Shown here: piece after piece, positions 43,422 to 52,908 of the stretch
How the letters are laid out: the number at the start of each line of letters is the position of its first letter
Numbering within the stretch: position 1 is the first letter of the stretch
Origin: Planctomycetota bacterium
GTDB lineage: Bacteria; Planctomycetota; UBA8108; UBA1146
DNA: 64,000 nucleotides
Assembly (NCBI GenBank): GCA_012960845.1
Contig: DUAN01000157.1
Location: forward strand, 6,739 to 70,738
Reading direction: 5' to 3'
Program-made: the position numbers and the translations under genes
Notes under the pieces: generated by a model
The model's database searches: none
What the model saw: only the letters and a program-made list of their open reading frames with translations
What the model was told of the DNA's origin: nothing

Positions 43422-44348
43422 TTGGACGACTCTGAAATCAACGATCTGATCGTTGGCATCTCGAAAGGCTCGCGCCGCGAACTTGCTCGTGCGATCACCG
43501 TGGTCGAAGAAGATGAATCGGTCGCAGATGCACTGCTGGCCCGATTACCCGAAACGACATGTGCGTTTCGGCTCGGCTTGACCGGTGCTCCAGGAGTGGG
43601 GAAATCGTCACTGATCGCGAAACTGGTGCCACGATTGATCGAGAACGGCGAACGAGTGGCGGTTCTCGCCATCGATCCGAGTAGCCCCATCACCGGAGGA
43701 GCGCTGCTGGGAGATCGGGCGCGGATCGGCACCGATCTGGGTGAAGACTGCTGGTTTCGAAGCATCGCTTCCCGGGGTGCGACCGGTGGAGTGGCGGGTT
43801 GCACCGATCTCGCCGCTGAAATACTGGCGCGTGCCGGATTTGGACTGATCCTCATCGAAACGGTCGGAGTCGGGCAACTCGAGGTCGAGATCACCGATGA
43901 AACCGATCAAGCATGGCTGCTATTGTCACCAGAATCTGGTGACGGAATACAACTCCTCAAGGCGGGCGTGTTGGAGGTGGTTGACCGGGTGCTGGTGAAC
44001 AAATGCGATCGGCCAGGGGCGGATGAGTTGCTTCGCAGGGCTGAAGAGATGGCCCATGACCAGAATGGCCTCGAGCCGATGGCCGTCAGCAGTCTCCAGG
44101 GAGATGGAATCGACGAGATCGTTGCCGTGATCCTCGAGTCCGCCAGGAAACATCGAGAATCGCCGGACCTCGGTGCCGTTCGGTCACGTCTGGTGCGTCG
44201 GATTCGTCGCAGAGCTGAACAGGAATGGATCCGCAAGGGTCTCGGCCTGGCTGGAGGTACCAAGGCGATCGAACAACTCGCAGATCGAGTTTCTCGCCAG
44301 GAGATCTCGATCCAGCAGGCCATCGAGTCGATCGTGTCCGCTGGTTAA
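43422..44348 (+). CDS. meaB: methylmalonyl-CoA mutase-associated GTPase (MeaB/ArgK family)
   Basis: The TTG start is 3 nt after the acd stop. It has the P-loop GLTGAPGVGKSSL, VLAIDPSSP..GGALLGDRARI and NKCDR. Confidence 0.8.
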   Translation: MDDSEINDLIVGISKGSRRELARAITVVEEDESVADALLARLPETTCAFRLGLTGAPGVGKSSLIAKLVPRLIENGERVAVLAIDPSSPITGGALLGDRARIGTDLGEDCWFRSIASRGATGGVAGCTDLAAEILARAGFGLILIETVGVGQLEVEITDETDQAWLLLSPESGDGIQLLKAGVLEVVDRVLVNKCDRPGADELLRRAEEMAHDQNGLEPMAVSSLQGDGIDEIVAVILESARKHRESPDLGAVRSRLVRRIRRRAEQEWIRKGLGLAGGTKAIEQLADRVSRQEISIQQAIESIVSAG

Positions 44349-44363
44349 GATCAATATCGAGTA

Positions 44364-45545
44364 GTGGTCCAGGCCCACCTGGATAAACGGAAGGTTCATG
44401 TCGTGATCCGCTTCGAAGAACATCATCAAGAAATTCGACAGATGGTTGCCGATTTCGCCGACAACGAGATTGCTCCAAAAGCTCAGCACATCGATGAATC
44501 CCAGGAGACTCCCACCGATGCCATCGCACAGCTGGCAGAACTGGGAATGCTCGGACTCACCATCGAGGAGCAGTTTGGTGGAGCCGAACTCGACCTCCTC
44601 AGCGCCTGTCTGGTAGTGGAAGAGATTTCACGCTGTTGTGGTTCGACTGGAGTGGTGGTGGCATCGCACCTGTTCGAGGGAACCGCAGCGATCAAGAACC
44701 TGGCGGATGATGCTGGCCGTGAACGCTGGTTGCCCGAAATGGCCAGCGGCAAGACGTTGGCGACCTTTGCCCTGGCGGAAGTCGAGGCGGAGTCGGATGC
44801 ATCGGGAATCACCTGCTCGGTCGGGCAGGAACCTGACGGATTCTCCCTTCATGGCCGGAAGAGCTGGGTGATCGGCGGATTGATGGCGAATCTGGTGACC
44901 GTGGTGGCCAGAAATGGTGAGGATCAATTGCAGGATCTCGGAGCTTATGTGGTCGATCCCACCTCCGAAGGATGCACGAGGAAACCGCTGCGAGATGTTC
45001 TGGGCCTGCGTGGAGCGGGCTTCTGCGATCTTCACCTCGATGGTGTTCGAATCGAATCTCATTCTGCGCTCTCGGGATCGACATCCGGCTGGCCCGCCAT
45101 CTCGCGTGTGGTGGAGATGTCTCGCCTCGGTGCGGCTTCGGTGATTCTCGGGGTCGCCCGGGGAGCGATCAGCCACGCGCTCCAGTATGCTTCGCAACGA
45201 AAAGCGTTCGGCAGGAGTATCGATCGATTCGGATCGATCCGAGCGATGCTGGCAGAAGCGGCGACCGGCGTCGAGAGCGCCAGGTTATTGCTGTGGCGAG
45301 CGGCAGGCCTCTACGATCGGGGAAAATCGGCGACTCGAGAGGGTTCGATGGCAAACTTGGCAGCGAAGCAGGCCTCCTATCGAGCGACCCGTGATGCGGT
45401 TCAAGTGCTGGGGGGGAACGGATACAGTCGTGAGTATCCGGTCGAGCGAGCGTACAGGGATGTTCAGACTGCGGTCCCCTTTGGCGGCGGCGAGGATCTA
45501 CAAAAGATCATCGTATCCCGATCCTTGATAGGAGCTCGTTCATGA
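44364..45545 (+). CDS. acyl-CoA dehydrogenase
   Basis: It shows the ACAD fold (FALAEVEAESDASG..., ...VLGGNGYSREYPVERAYRD). The start codon is uncertain (GTG 44364 or nearby). Confidence 0.8.
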   Translation: MVQAHLDKRKVHVVIRFEEHHQEIRQMVADFADNEIAPKAQHIDESQETPTDAIAQLAELGMLGLTIEEQFGGAELDLLSACLVVEEISRCCGSTGVVVASHLFEGTAAIKNLADDAGRERWLPEMASGKTLATFALAEVEAESDASGITCSVGQEPDGFSLHGRKSWVIGGLMANLVTVVARNGEDQLQDLGAYVVDPTSEGCTRKPLRDVLGLRGAGFCDLHLDGVRIESHSALSGSTSGWPAISRVVEMSRLGAASVILGVARGAISHALQYASQRKAFGRSIDRFGSIRAMLAEAATGVESARLLLWRAAGLYDRGKSATREGSMANLAAKQASYRATRDAVQVLGGNGYSREYPVERAYRDVQTAVPFGGGEDLQKIIVSRSLIGARS

Positions 45546-46726
45546 AAAGTGCCGTGATCTGTTCCGCGGTCAGAACCCCCATCGGAAAGTTCCTTGGCGG
45601 TTTGTCATCTCTTTCGCCGGCAGACCTCGGGGTGGCGGCAGTAGTTCCTGCACTTGAACGTGCCGGGATCTCTCCGGACCGGGTCGATGAGTTACGATTT
45701 GGTTGCGGTCGCCAAGCGGGTGGCGGCCCCAATGTGGCGCGCCAGATCGCCGTCAGATCGGGGATTCCCGTATCCTCCACCGCCGTCACCATCAACATGG
45801 CCTGTGGATCTGGATTGCTCTCCATCATCGAGGCTCGCGATGCCATCGAGCGTTCGGATGCTCAGGTGATGGTGGCTGGAGGGACCGAGAGCATGTCGCA
45901 ACTTCCCTTCTACCTGCTCGGTGCCCGTAAGGGATATCGCCTCGGTCAGGGTGAAATGGTCGATGGGATGTACCGCGACGGTTTTCACTGTCCGATGGCG
46001 GACCAACTGATGGGTGCGACTGCGGAAAACCTCGCAGAAGAGTTTTCCATCGATCGTCAAGAACAGGACGCTTACGCAGTCGAGAGTCAGCAGCGTTGTC
46101 AGAGGGCCAGACAAGAGGGTCGTTTCTGCGAGGAGATCGCCGCGGTGGAAATCCCAGGACGAAAGGGTGTGACGGTGGTGGACACCGATGAGCATCCGAG
46201 GGACGGCGCGACCATCGAGGGATTGGCGCGGTTGAAGCCGGTGTTCAAGAGTGGTGGATCGATCCATGCCGGTAATTCATCGGGGATCACCGATGGAGCT
46301 TGCGCGCTGGTCATCGCAGATGAAGAAGTGGCTCGCAGCGAGGGGTGGCCGATCCTGGCGACCCTCGGAGCATCGGCACGTGCTGGAGTCGAGCCGCAGA
46401 GAATGGGCATCGGACCTGTGCCGGCGATTCGCAAGTTGCTGGAAAAGACCGGACAAAAGATCGAGGACTTTGACCTGGTCGAGTTGAACGAGGCGTTTGC
46501 CGCCCAGGTGATCGCTTGCCTCAGGGAACTCCCGATCGATTCTGAACGACTCAATGTCAACGGTGGATCCATCGCACTCGGTCACCCCATCGGGGCGACC
46601 GGGGCCAGGATCACCACCACCTTATTGCATGAGTTGAGGCGAAGAGGAGGGGGCAAGGGACTCGCGACACTATGCATCAGTGGCGGCATGGGACTGGCAC
46701 TGGAGATCGATGTTCACGGCCGCTAG
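45542..46726 (+). CDS. acetyl-CoA C-acetyltransferase (thiolase)
   Basis: It has VICSAVRTPIGKF, the catalytic Cys region NMACGSGL and a C-terminal GGG motif. It overlaps the acd stop. Confidence 0.9.
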   Translation: MKSAVICSAVRTPIGKFLGGLSSLSPADLGVAAVVPALERAGISPDRVDELRFGCGRQAGGGPNVARQIAVRSGIPVSSTAVTINMACGSGLLSIIEARDAIERSDAQVMVAGGTESMSQLPFYLLGARKGYRLGQGEMVDGMYRDGFHCPMADQLMGATAENLAEEFSIDRQEQDAYAVESQQRCQRARQEGRFCEEIAAVEIPGRKGVTVVDTDEHPRDGATIEGLARLKPVFKSGGSIHAGNSSGITDGACALVIADEEVARSEGWPILATLGASARAGVEPQRMGIGPVPAIRKLLEKTGQKIEDFDLVELNEAFAAQVIACLRELPIDSERLNVNGGSIALGHPIGATGARITTTLLHELRRRGGGKGLATLCISGGMGLALEIDVHGR

Positions 46727-46761
46727 ATTCTGGTGTGCTCTGTTTCTGAAAGGTTGAAACG

Positions 46762-46974
46762 ATGCTGGTAGTGGATGGAAAACTTCTGATGGGATTCTTC
46801 CTGCTCTTTGCGGGATTGTTGATCTTCAATTTTCCCGACATCTTGCAGTACGCCCTGGCCGCTGTATTGGTGGTTTCAGGAGCCGCAGCGATCATCTCTT
46901 CGATGAAGAAAGGTTCTTCAAGTACCGAGGGGCCAGGAGCACAATTTCGTCGAGTGGATGAGGAAGACAAATAA
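46762..46974 (+). CDS. small hypothetical membrane protein (70 aa)
   Basis: It has two predicted TM helices and an RBS-like gaaaggttgaaacg before the ATG. Confidence 0.35.
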   Translation: MLVVDGKLLMGFFLLFAGLLIFNFPDILQYALAAVLVVSGAAAIISSMKKGSSSTEGPGAQFRRVDEEDK

Positions 46975-46992
46975 GGCGATTCGGCTGCACTT

Positions 46993-47646
46993 CTATTTGC
47001 GTTGATGGTCGATGAGGATCAATCGGCGAACCGCCTCGTCGCCTGGAATTTGATACGCTTCATCGAGGGCAACGAACAGGCGCCGCTTCCACATCAACCC
47101 CTCGACCGCCTTCAATTCTCCATCGGCAGCAGGGCCTTTCCACAGCAACATCGGACCAAAGTAACTGTTGGTGCACCAGCCCAGCAGTCGTTCGACAGGT
47201 CCCACCGCTCGGGCGGTGACCAGGTCGACCTCCTTGCGGTGATCGCGGATCCACTCCTCGAATCTACCCCAGACACAGGTGACGCGATCTTGCAGTCCCA
47301 GTTGATTCACCACCGTCTGGAGGAAATCGATCTTTTTCCGTGTCGAATCGAGCAGCGTCACCTTCAGGTGGGGGCAGGCGATGGCGATGGAGAGGCCGGG
47401 CCAGCCGGCGCCGGTTCCCACATCGAGCACGTTACGGAACAGTTGCTCGCCGCCTTCGGCCAGTAATGGCAGTGCGGCCAACGAATCGGCAGTATGACGG
47501 ATCGCCATCGATTCCGGATCGGTGACCCGGGTCAAATTCATCACCTGGTTTTTTTGACGGACCAGCCAGGCATGGCGGGCCAGGGTTTCCCTGGCGAACC
47601 CGGGCGCAAAGGGACCGAGGGCGGGGATGAAACGATCTCGAAACAT
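46993..47646 (-). CDS. rsmG: 16S rRNA (guanine527-N7)-methyltransferase
   Basis: NLTRVTDPESMAIRHTADS, the SAM motif VLDVGTGAGWPGL and ...LLDS aligned to GidB/RsmG length favour the Met at 47646. The 75-aa Pro-rich upstream extension (TTG 47871) is probably not coding. Confidence 0.75.
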   Translation of the reverse strand: MFRDRFIPALGPFAPGFARETLARHAWLVRQKNQVMNLTRVTDPESMAIRHTADSLAALPLLAEGGEQLFRNVLDVGTGAGWPGLSIAIACPHLKVTLLDSTRKKIDFLQTVVNQLGLQDRVTCVWGRFEEWIRDHRKEVDLVTARAVGPVERLLGWCTNSYFGPMLLWKGPAADGELKAVEGLMWKRRLFVALDEAYQIPGDEAVRRLILIDHQRK

Positions 47647-47938
47647 CTCCCACGTCAGCGTATCTGGCGGAGGGGCATCCGGCTGTGGAGTATCGGGAGT
47701 CGATGCCTCGGGAGGTGGAGTTTCGGATCCTTCAATCTCGTCCAATTTGCACCTCCCGGGAGCGCGCCACCGGGTGCACCGCCGATCGGTACAATTCTCT
47801 GGTTGGGAACTCCTGGCTGCGAGGGTACCATCGTTTAAGCCCATCGTTGAGGGGATCGGTAGCAGGACCAATGCAAGTTTCTGAATGCACGTTTATGTAA
47901 GCAGGCTGCGTATGCGGGCCGTGGAGAGGAACATCATC

Positions 47939-48934
47939 ATGAACGATTCCCCAGCCGAGATCTCTGGCAGCGGATTTCCCCTCACGGCCCCCAGTTCTTC
48001 CCAGTTGCAACAACTGGTCGAAAAACTGACCCCAGAACAACACCATGTCACGCAGAAGTCGGGTACGGAGGCGCCCTTTTGTGGTGGCCATCTGACGGAG
48101 AAGAGTGCCGGAGTCTATGGCTGTGTGGTGTGTCGATTGCCGTTGTTTCGATCGAGCGACAAGTTCGACTCTGGCAGCGGTTGGCCCTCCTTCTGCGATA
48201 CCTATGATGCCCAGCATGTGACCAGAAAAAGCGATGCAAGCGGCGGCATGGTTCGCACCGAGATCACCTGTCGACGATGTGATGCCCACCTCGGTCATGA
48301 ATTTCCCGACGGCCCGCCTCCCACCGGGATCCGCCACTGCCTCAATTCTCTCGCTCTCCACTTCTGGGCCGAAGGGGAGGCGATTCCACGAGAGATTCCA
48401 CGAGAGATTTCACGAGCGATTTCCGATGCGACCGATGCGCCGGCTACCCCCGATGCCGATCTGGCCATCGCATGGTTTGGCGGCGGCTGATTCTGGGGGA
48501 TGGAGGACCGCTTTGCGGCTCTCGATGGCGTCGTCGATGTCATCACCGGATACATGGGAGGGCATCTGGATCACCCCTCCTACGAGCAGGTTTGCAGTGG
48601 CCAGACCGATCATGCCGAGACGGTGGAGATCCACTATCACCCGCAGCAGGTGACCTACACTGATCTGGTGAAACTGTTCTTCGAACTACACGATCCCACC
48701 ACCCAGGATCGGCAAGGCCCCAATGTCGGGAGTCAGTATCGTTCGGTGGCCTTTTGCAACGATCCGGATGAACAGCAACAGGTGCAGCAACAGATCGAAC
48801 GACGGGTAGCAGAAGGTGTGTGGCGCGGTCGAAGCTGCTGCACTCAGGTCATCTTCCCGGCGCCAACCTTCTGGCGAGCGGAGGAGCATCACCAGGACTA
48901 CTACAAGAAGCATCGAGGCTTCTGCTCCCACTGA
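47939..48934 (+). CDS. msrBA: fused peptide-methionine sulfoxide reductase MsrB-MsrA with in-frame TGA (candidate selenocysteine) at the MsrA catalytic position
   Basis: The MsrB half has GSGWPSF, two CxxC zinc-binding pairs (CVVCRLP, CRRCDAH), LGHEF and RHCLNS. The TGA at 48488-48490 is in the same frame, giving ...LAIAWFGGG[TGA]FWGMEDRF..GYMGG..PSYEQVCSG.TDHAETVEIHYHP, which is the MsrA active site GCFWG with Cys replaced by TGA. Both halves are in one frame. Confidence 0.6.
48383..48424. repeat. 3.5 copies of a 12-bp tandem repeat (attccacgagag) in the MsrB-MsrA linker
   Basis: Read directly. It encodes IPRE-IPRE-ISRA-IS. Confidence 0.85.
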
Positions 48935-48936
48935 GA

Positions 48937-50718
48937 TCAGGAGTGAACCACTCCGAGTGGGTCGACAACTGGATCCTGATCACACTCTTTTGAGCGGCGA
49001 ATGCACAGCAACCCCTCCAGTAGCATCCACAACTGCAGCAGCATGCCGAAGCCGAGCACGATCACCTGTGGCCATGCGATCGATTCTGCGTTCAAGAGGC
49101 GATCCATCTGGGAGATGGCCGCCCAGCCGACGGTGACGGTGAGGAAACACAGCGGAATCAGCGTCGGCAAGATCGGTCGTCTTCGACGCGCTTGCCAGGT
49201 GGTCAATACGACCAGCGTCAGGCTGGCGAGTAACTGGTTGGTGACTCCGAAGATGGGCCACAACACCAGCCCACCCTTGCCATCTTTGCCTGCCAGCAGT
49301 GCCAGCGCCGCCGCAGAGAGCACTGCGATGGCGGTGGCGACATGCCGCCGGGCAAGGAATTTCCATCCGATCGATTCTGCCAGCTCCTGGATGACATAGC
49401 GCTGGATTCGGGTGGCGCTATCCATCGTGGTGGCGGCAAAGGAAATGATGACCACCGTGATCACGGTGGCGAGGAACTGCGGGGAGAAGAAGGGCAGTGC
49501 CGCTCCGATGAAGGCCGCTCCTCCATCGATGAAGCCAGACAGCCTGGCCAGGAGGGAACCCTTGCCGACCCATTCAGCAGAGTATTGAGCGGCCCACTCC
49601 TCTCCACTGGCGAAACCTGCCGCAGAGATGCAGCACAAGATGACGACCACGGCCAGACCGCCCTCCAGCACCATCGCTCCGAATCCGATGCTCCTTGCAT
49701 CCTGTTCGCTGGCCAGTTGTTTGGATGTGGTACCGCTGGCGACCATGCAATGGAAACCACTGACGGCACCGCAGGCGATGGTGATGAAGAGAAAGGGAAA
49801 CAGCAATGGCGCATCTGCGGGGGGATTGGGATTGATGGCAGGGGCCACCACTTCCAGTTGCCAGCCACCGGTCACCGACAGCACCAGTAGTCCGGCAAGC
49901 AGCGCACCCAGTGCGAGGAATAATTGATGGGAGTTGATGGCATCTCTGGGCTGGAGGAGTTTTTGGACCGGCAGGACGGAGGCGATCCACGCATAACCGA
50001 AGAGCATCACCAACCAGAACAGCCCGGCATTTTCGGCGAGCCACACTCCAGCCGAGTTTTCGCCCCAGTCAAAAGCGGCAAGGGAGCGGACGCTCTCGGT
50101 CGATCCGATGCCGATGCAGCCGTACATCACGACCAGTGCCAGCGCTCCCCACAGTGCCATCGACTGGCCGCGCATCCATTGCCAGCCGACCAGTAGCGCC
50201 AGCGGGATCTCGATCCATACCGCCAGGATGCTTTCGGGTCGGGCCACAAACAGCGAGGCGATGACGAAGGCAAACACCGCCAGAACCACCCACAGCGCCA
50301 GCAGGATGAAGATCAAGAAGAGCCAGCGAACCCTGGGAGAGAGGATCTCTGCGCACAGATCCCCGATGCTGCGTCCTTGATTCCTGGTCGATAGCACCAG
50401 GGCACCCAGATCGTGTACTGCACCGATCAGGATCGAGCCGAACACCACCCACAACAGTGCCGGAAGCCAGCCCCAGGTGACCGCAACTGCAGGACCGACG
50501 ATGGGCCCGGCGCCAGCGATCGTCACGTAGTGGTGGCCAAACAGGATGGAGCGACGGGTCGGAACGAAATCGACCCCATTTTCTCGCGAGTGACTGGGCA
50601 GTTGCTGATCATCGACTTCCCCGATGCCATATACCCTGGTGGCGATCCAGGAACCGTAGTAACGGTATCCGAGCCACAGCACCACGGCACTGGTGATGGC
50701 GAGGGTGGTGACATTCAT
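48937..50718 (-). CDS. cstA: carbon starvation protein A (peptide/pyruvate transporter family)
   Basis: An AGGAGG RBS precedes an ATG at 50718. It is a polytopic membrane protein with the typical CstA N-terminus (MNVTTLAITSAVVLWLGYRYYG). Confidence 0.85.
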   Translation of the reverse strand: MNVTTLAITSAVVLWLGYRYYGSWIATRVYGIGEVDDQQLPSHSRENGVDFVPTRRSILFGHHYVTIAGAGPIVGPAVAVTWGWLPALLWVVFGSILIGAVHDLGALVLSTRNQGRSIGDLCAEILSPRVRWLFLIFILLALWVVLAVFAFVIASLFVARPESILAVWIEIPLALLVGWQWMRGQSMALWGALALVVMYGCIGIGSTESVRSLAAFDWGENSAGVWLAENAGLFWLVMLFGYAWIASVLPVQKLLQPRDAINSHQLFLALGALLAGLLVLSVTGGWQLEVVAPAINPNPPADAPLLFPFLFITIACGAVSGFHCMVASGTTSKQLASEQDARSIGFGAMVLEGGLAVVVILCCISAAGFASGEEWAAQYSAEWVGKGSLLARLSGFIDGGAAFIGAALPFFSPQFLATVITVVIISFAATTMDSATRIQRYVIQELAESIGWKFLARRHVATAIAVLSAAALALLAGKDGKGGLVLWPIFGVTNQLLASLTLVVLTTWQARRRRPILPTLIPLCFLTVTVGWAAISQMDRLLNAESIAWPQVIVLGFGMLLQLWMLLEGLLCIRRSKECDQDPVVDPLGVVHS

Positions 50719-50870
50719 CGATCCTCCTTGGATGGGTGTCAGGGTAGTCTCGAGTGCTGGGCAGCCCAAGAGGCACCTTGCGGGTTTCCCATCCCTTGGG
50801 GATACTCCGACCATCTCGTGGGGTGAGTACATCAGTGGTGCAAGCATCCGCAGTGGTGCAGAGGAGGAAG

Positions 50871-51146
50871 ATGAGCGAGGATTCGGATGTGGCGCAGCAG
50901 TACTGGCGAAAGAACCTGAAGATCATCTCGTTGCTGCTGACAATCTGGGCAGTGGTTTCGCTCGGTTTCGGCATCGCACTGGCTCCATGGCTCAATCAGT
51001 ACCAGTTGCCGGGTACCGAATTCCCGCTCGGGTTCTGGTTCGCCCAGCAGGGATCGATCTACGTCTTCGTCATCCTCATCTTCGTCTACGCCTGGCGAAT
51101 GAACCGCCTCGATGATGAGTTTTCCGCAGGTCAGGACGGTCGATGA
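50871..51146 (+). CDS. DUF4212 small membrane protein (YjcH-like, SSS-symporter-associated)
   Basis: An RBS gaggaggaag is present. It has two TM helices and precedes and overlaps actP, as in the yjcH-actP pair. Confidence 0.7.
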   Translation: MSEDSDVAQQYWRKNLKIISLLLTIWAVVSLGFGIALAPWLNQYQLPGTEFPLGFWFAQQGSIYVFVILIFVYAWRMNRLDDEFSAGQDGR

Positions 51147-52900
51147 TGGGTGTCACCGCCTGGACGAACCTGCTGGTCGGAGCTTCCTTTCTCCTCTACA
51201 TCGTCATCGCCATCCGTTCCAGGGCGACCAGCACCGGAGAGTTCTACATCGCGGGTCAGGATGTCCCGCCGCTGGCCAATGGAATGGCCACCGCTGCCGA
51301 TTGGATGAGTGCCGCATCGTTCATCTCGATGGCGGGGATCATCTCCTTCAGCGGTTACGACGGTTCTGTTTACCTGATGGGATGGACCGGGGGCTACGTG
51401 TTGCTGGCACTGCTGCTGGCGCCGTATCTGAGGAAGTTCGGCAAGTTCACCGTGCCCGATTTCATCGGAGAGCGGTATTACTCCCAGACGGCTCGATTGG
51501 TGGCGGTGATCTGCGCCATCTTTGTCTCCTTCACCTATGTTGCCGGTCAGATGCGTGGAGTCGGAGTGGTGTTTAGCCGCTTTCTCGAGATCGATGTCAC
51601 CAACGGGGTCATCATCGGAATGGCCATCGTCTTCATCTACGCAGTTCTCGGCGGGATGAAGGGCATCACCTACACCCAGGTGGCTCAGTACTGCGTGCTG
51701 ATTTTTGCCTTCATGGTTCCTGCCATCTTCATCTCGTTGATGGTGGCGGGTACTGCGATTCCTCAGATCGGTTTCGGGTCGATCCCGGATGGTGAAGAGT
51801 TGAGCCTGTTGGCACGGCTCGATGGGTTGCATGAGCAACTGGGCTTCACCAAGTACACGCTCGGATCGGGCAATACCATCAACCTGCTGGCCATCACATT
51901 TGCTCTGATGGCGGGGACTGCCGGGCTGCCGCATGTGATCATTCGCTTCTACACCGTTCCCAGCGTCCGCGCCGCTCGAAAGTCGGCAGGCTGGGCGCTG
52001 CTCTTCATCGCCATCTTGTACACGACTGCGCCCGCCGTGGCAGTCTTTGCTCGCACCAACCTGATCGACACGGTAGAGGACAAGAGTTATGCGGAAATTC
52101 CCAACTGGTTCCACAAGTGGGAGAACACCGATCTGATCGCCTGGGTCGACAAGGATGGTGATGGTCGGGTGAAGTATCGGGCAGGAAACGCCCTCGACCC
52201 GGCCAAGCCCAGTTTTCTTGACGACCGAGGAGTCAGCGGTGAGCGTCTTCTCTCGAACACACCGACCAGCAATGCCAATGAACTGTACGTCGATCGCGAC
52301 ATCATGGTGCTGGCCAACCCCGAGATCGCTGGACTTCCCAACTGGGTGATCGCCCTGGTCGCCGCGGGAGGCTTGGCGGCGGCGCTATCGACGGCGGCGG
52401 GCTTGCTGCTGGTGGTTTCCACCTCCATCTCTCACGACCTGTTGCGCAAGTGGTTGCGACCTGATCTCTCCGACAGGGAAGAGTTGCTGGCCGCACGCAT
52501 CTCAGCAGGAGTGGCGGTCTGTATCGCCGGTTACCTGGGCATCCACCCACCCGGATTTGTCGCCGAGGTGGTGGCGTTTGCCTTCGGCCTGGCAGCGGCC
52601 AGCTTTTTCCCGGCGATCCTCATGGGGATCTTCATCAAACGGATGAACCGTGAGGGTGCCATCTCCGGCATGCTGGTCGGGCTGATCTTTACCGCCAGTT
52701 ACATCATCTATTTCCGGTTTCTCCACCCCGAACTCGACACGGTGGAGAACTGGTGGTGGGGCATTTCGCCGAAGGGGATCGGCACCGTTGGCCTCTGTTT
52801 CAACTTCATGGTCGCCGGAATCGTTCGATCCTTCACTGCTGATCCGCCGGCAGAGGTGATGAAGATGGTCGAGGAGATCCGGCTACCGGAGGTGAAGTAG
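51143..52900 (+). CDS. actP: cation/acetate symporter, sodium:solute symporter family
   Basis: It is an SSS-family polytopic protein (YIAGQDVPPLANGMATAADWMSAASFISMAG...) and overlaps the DUF4212 gene (ATGA). Confidence 0.85.
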   Translation: MMGVTAWTNLLVGASFLLYIVIAIRSRATSTGEFYIAGQDVPPLANGMATAADWMSAASFISMAGIISFSGYDGSVYLMGWTGGYVLLALLLAPYLRKFGKFTVPDFIGERYYSQTARLVAVICAIFVSFTYVAGQMRGVGVVFSRFLEIDVTNGVIIGMAIVFIYAVLGGMKGITYTQVAQYCVLIFAFMVPAIFISLMVAGTAIPQIGFGSIPDGEELSLLARLDGLHEQLGFTKYTLGSGNTINLLAITFALMAGTAGLPHVIIRFYTVPSVRAARKSAGWALLFIAILYTTAPAVAVFARTNLIDTVEDKSYAEIPNWFHKWENTDLIAWVDKDGDGRVKYRAGNALDPAKPSFLDDRGVSGERLLSNTPTSNANELYVDRDIMVLANPEIAGLPNWVIALVAAGGLAAALSTAAGLLLVVSTSISHDLLRKWLRPDLSDREELLAARISAGVAVCIAGYLGIHPPGFVAEVVAFAFGLAAASFFPAILMGIFIKRMNREGAISGMLVGLIFTASYIIYFRFLHPELDTVENWWWGISPKGIGTVGLCFNFMVAGIVRSFTADPPAEVMKMVEEIRLPEVK

Positions 52901-52908
52901 CAGCGGAG

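Noticed and set aside
47647-47871. 75-aa Pro-rich N-terminal extension of rsmG (TTG start at 47871).
   Set aside because: Alignment to RsmG/GidB places the start at the Met at 47646. The extension is low-complexity and begins with TTG.
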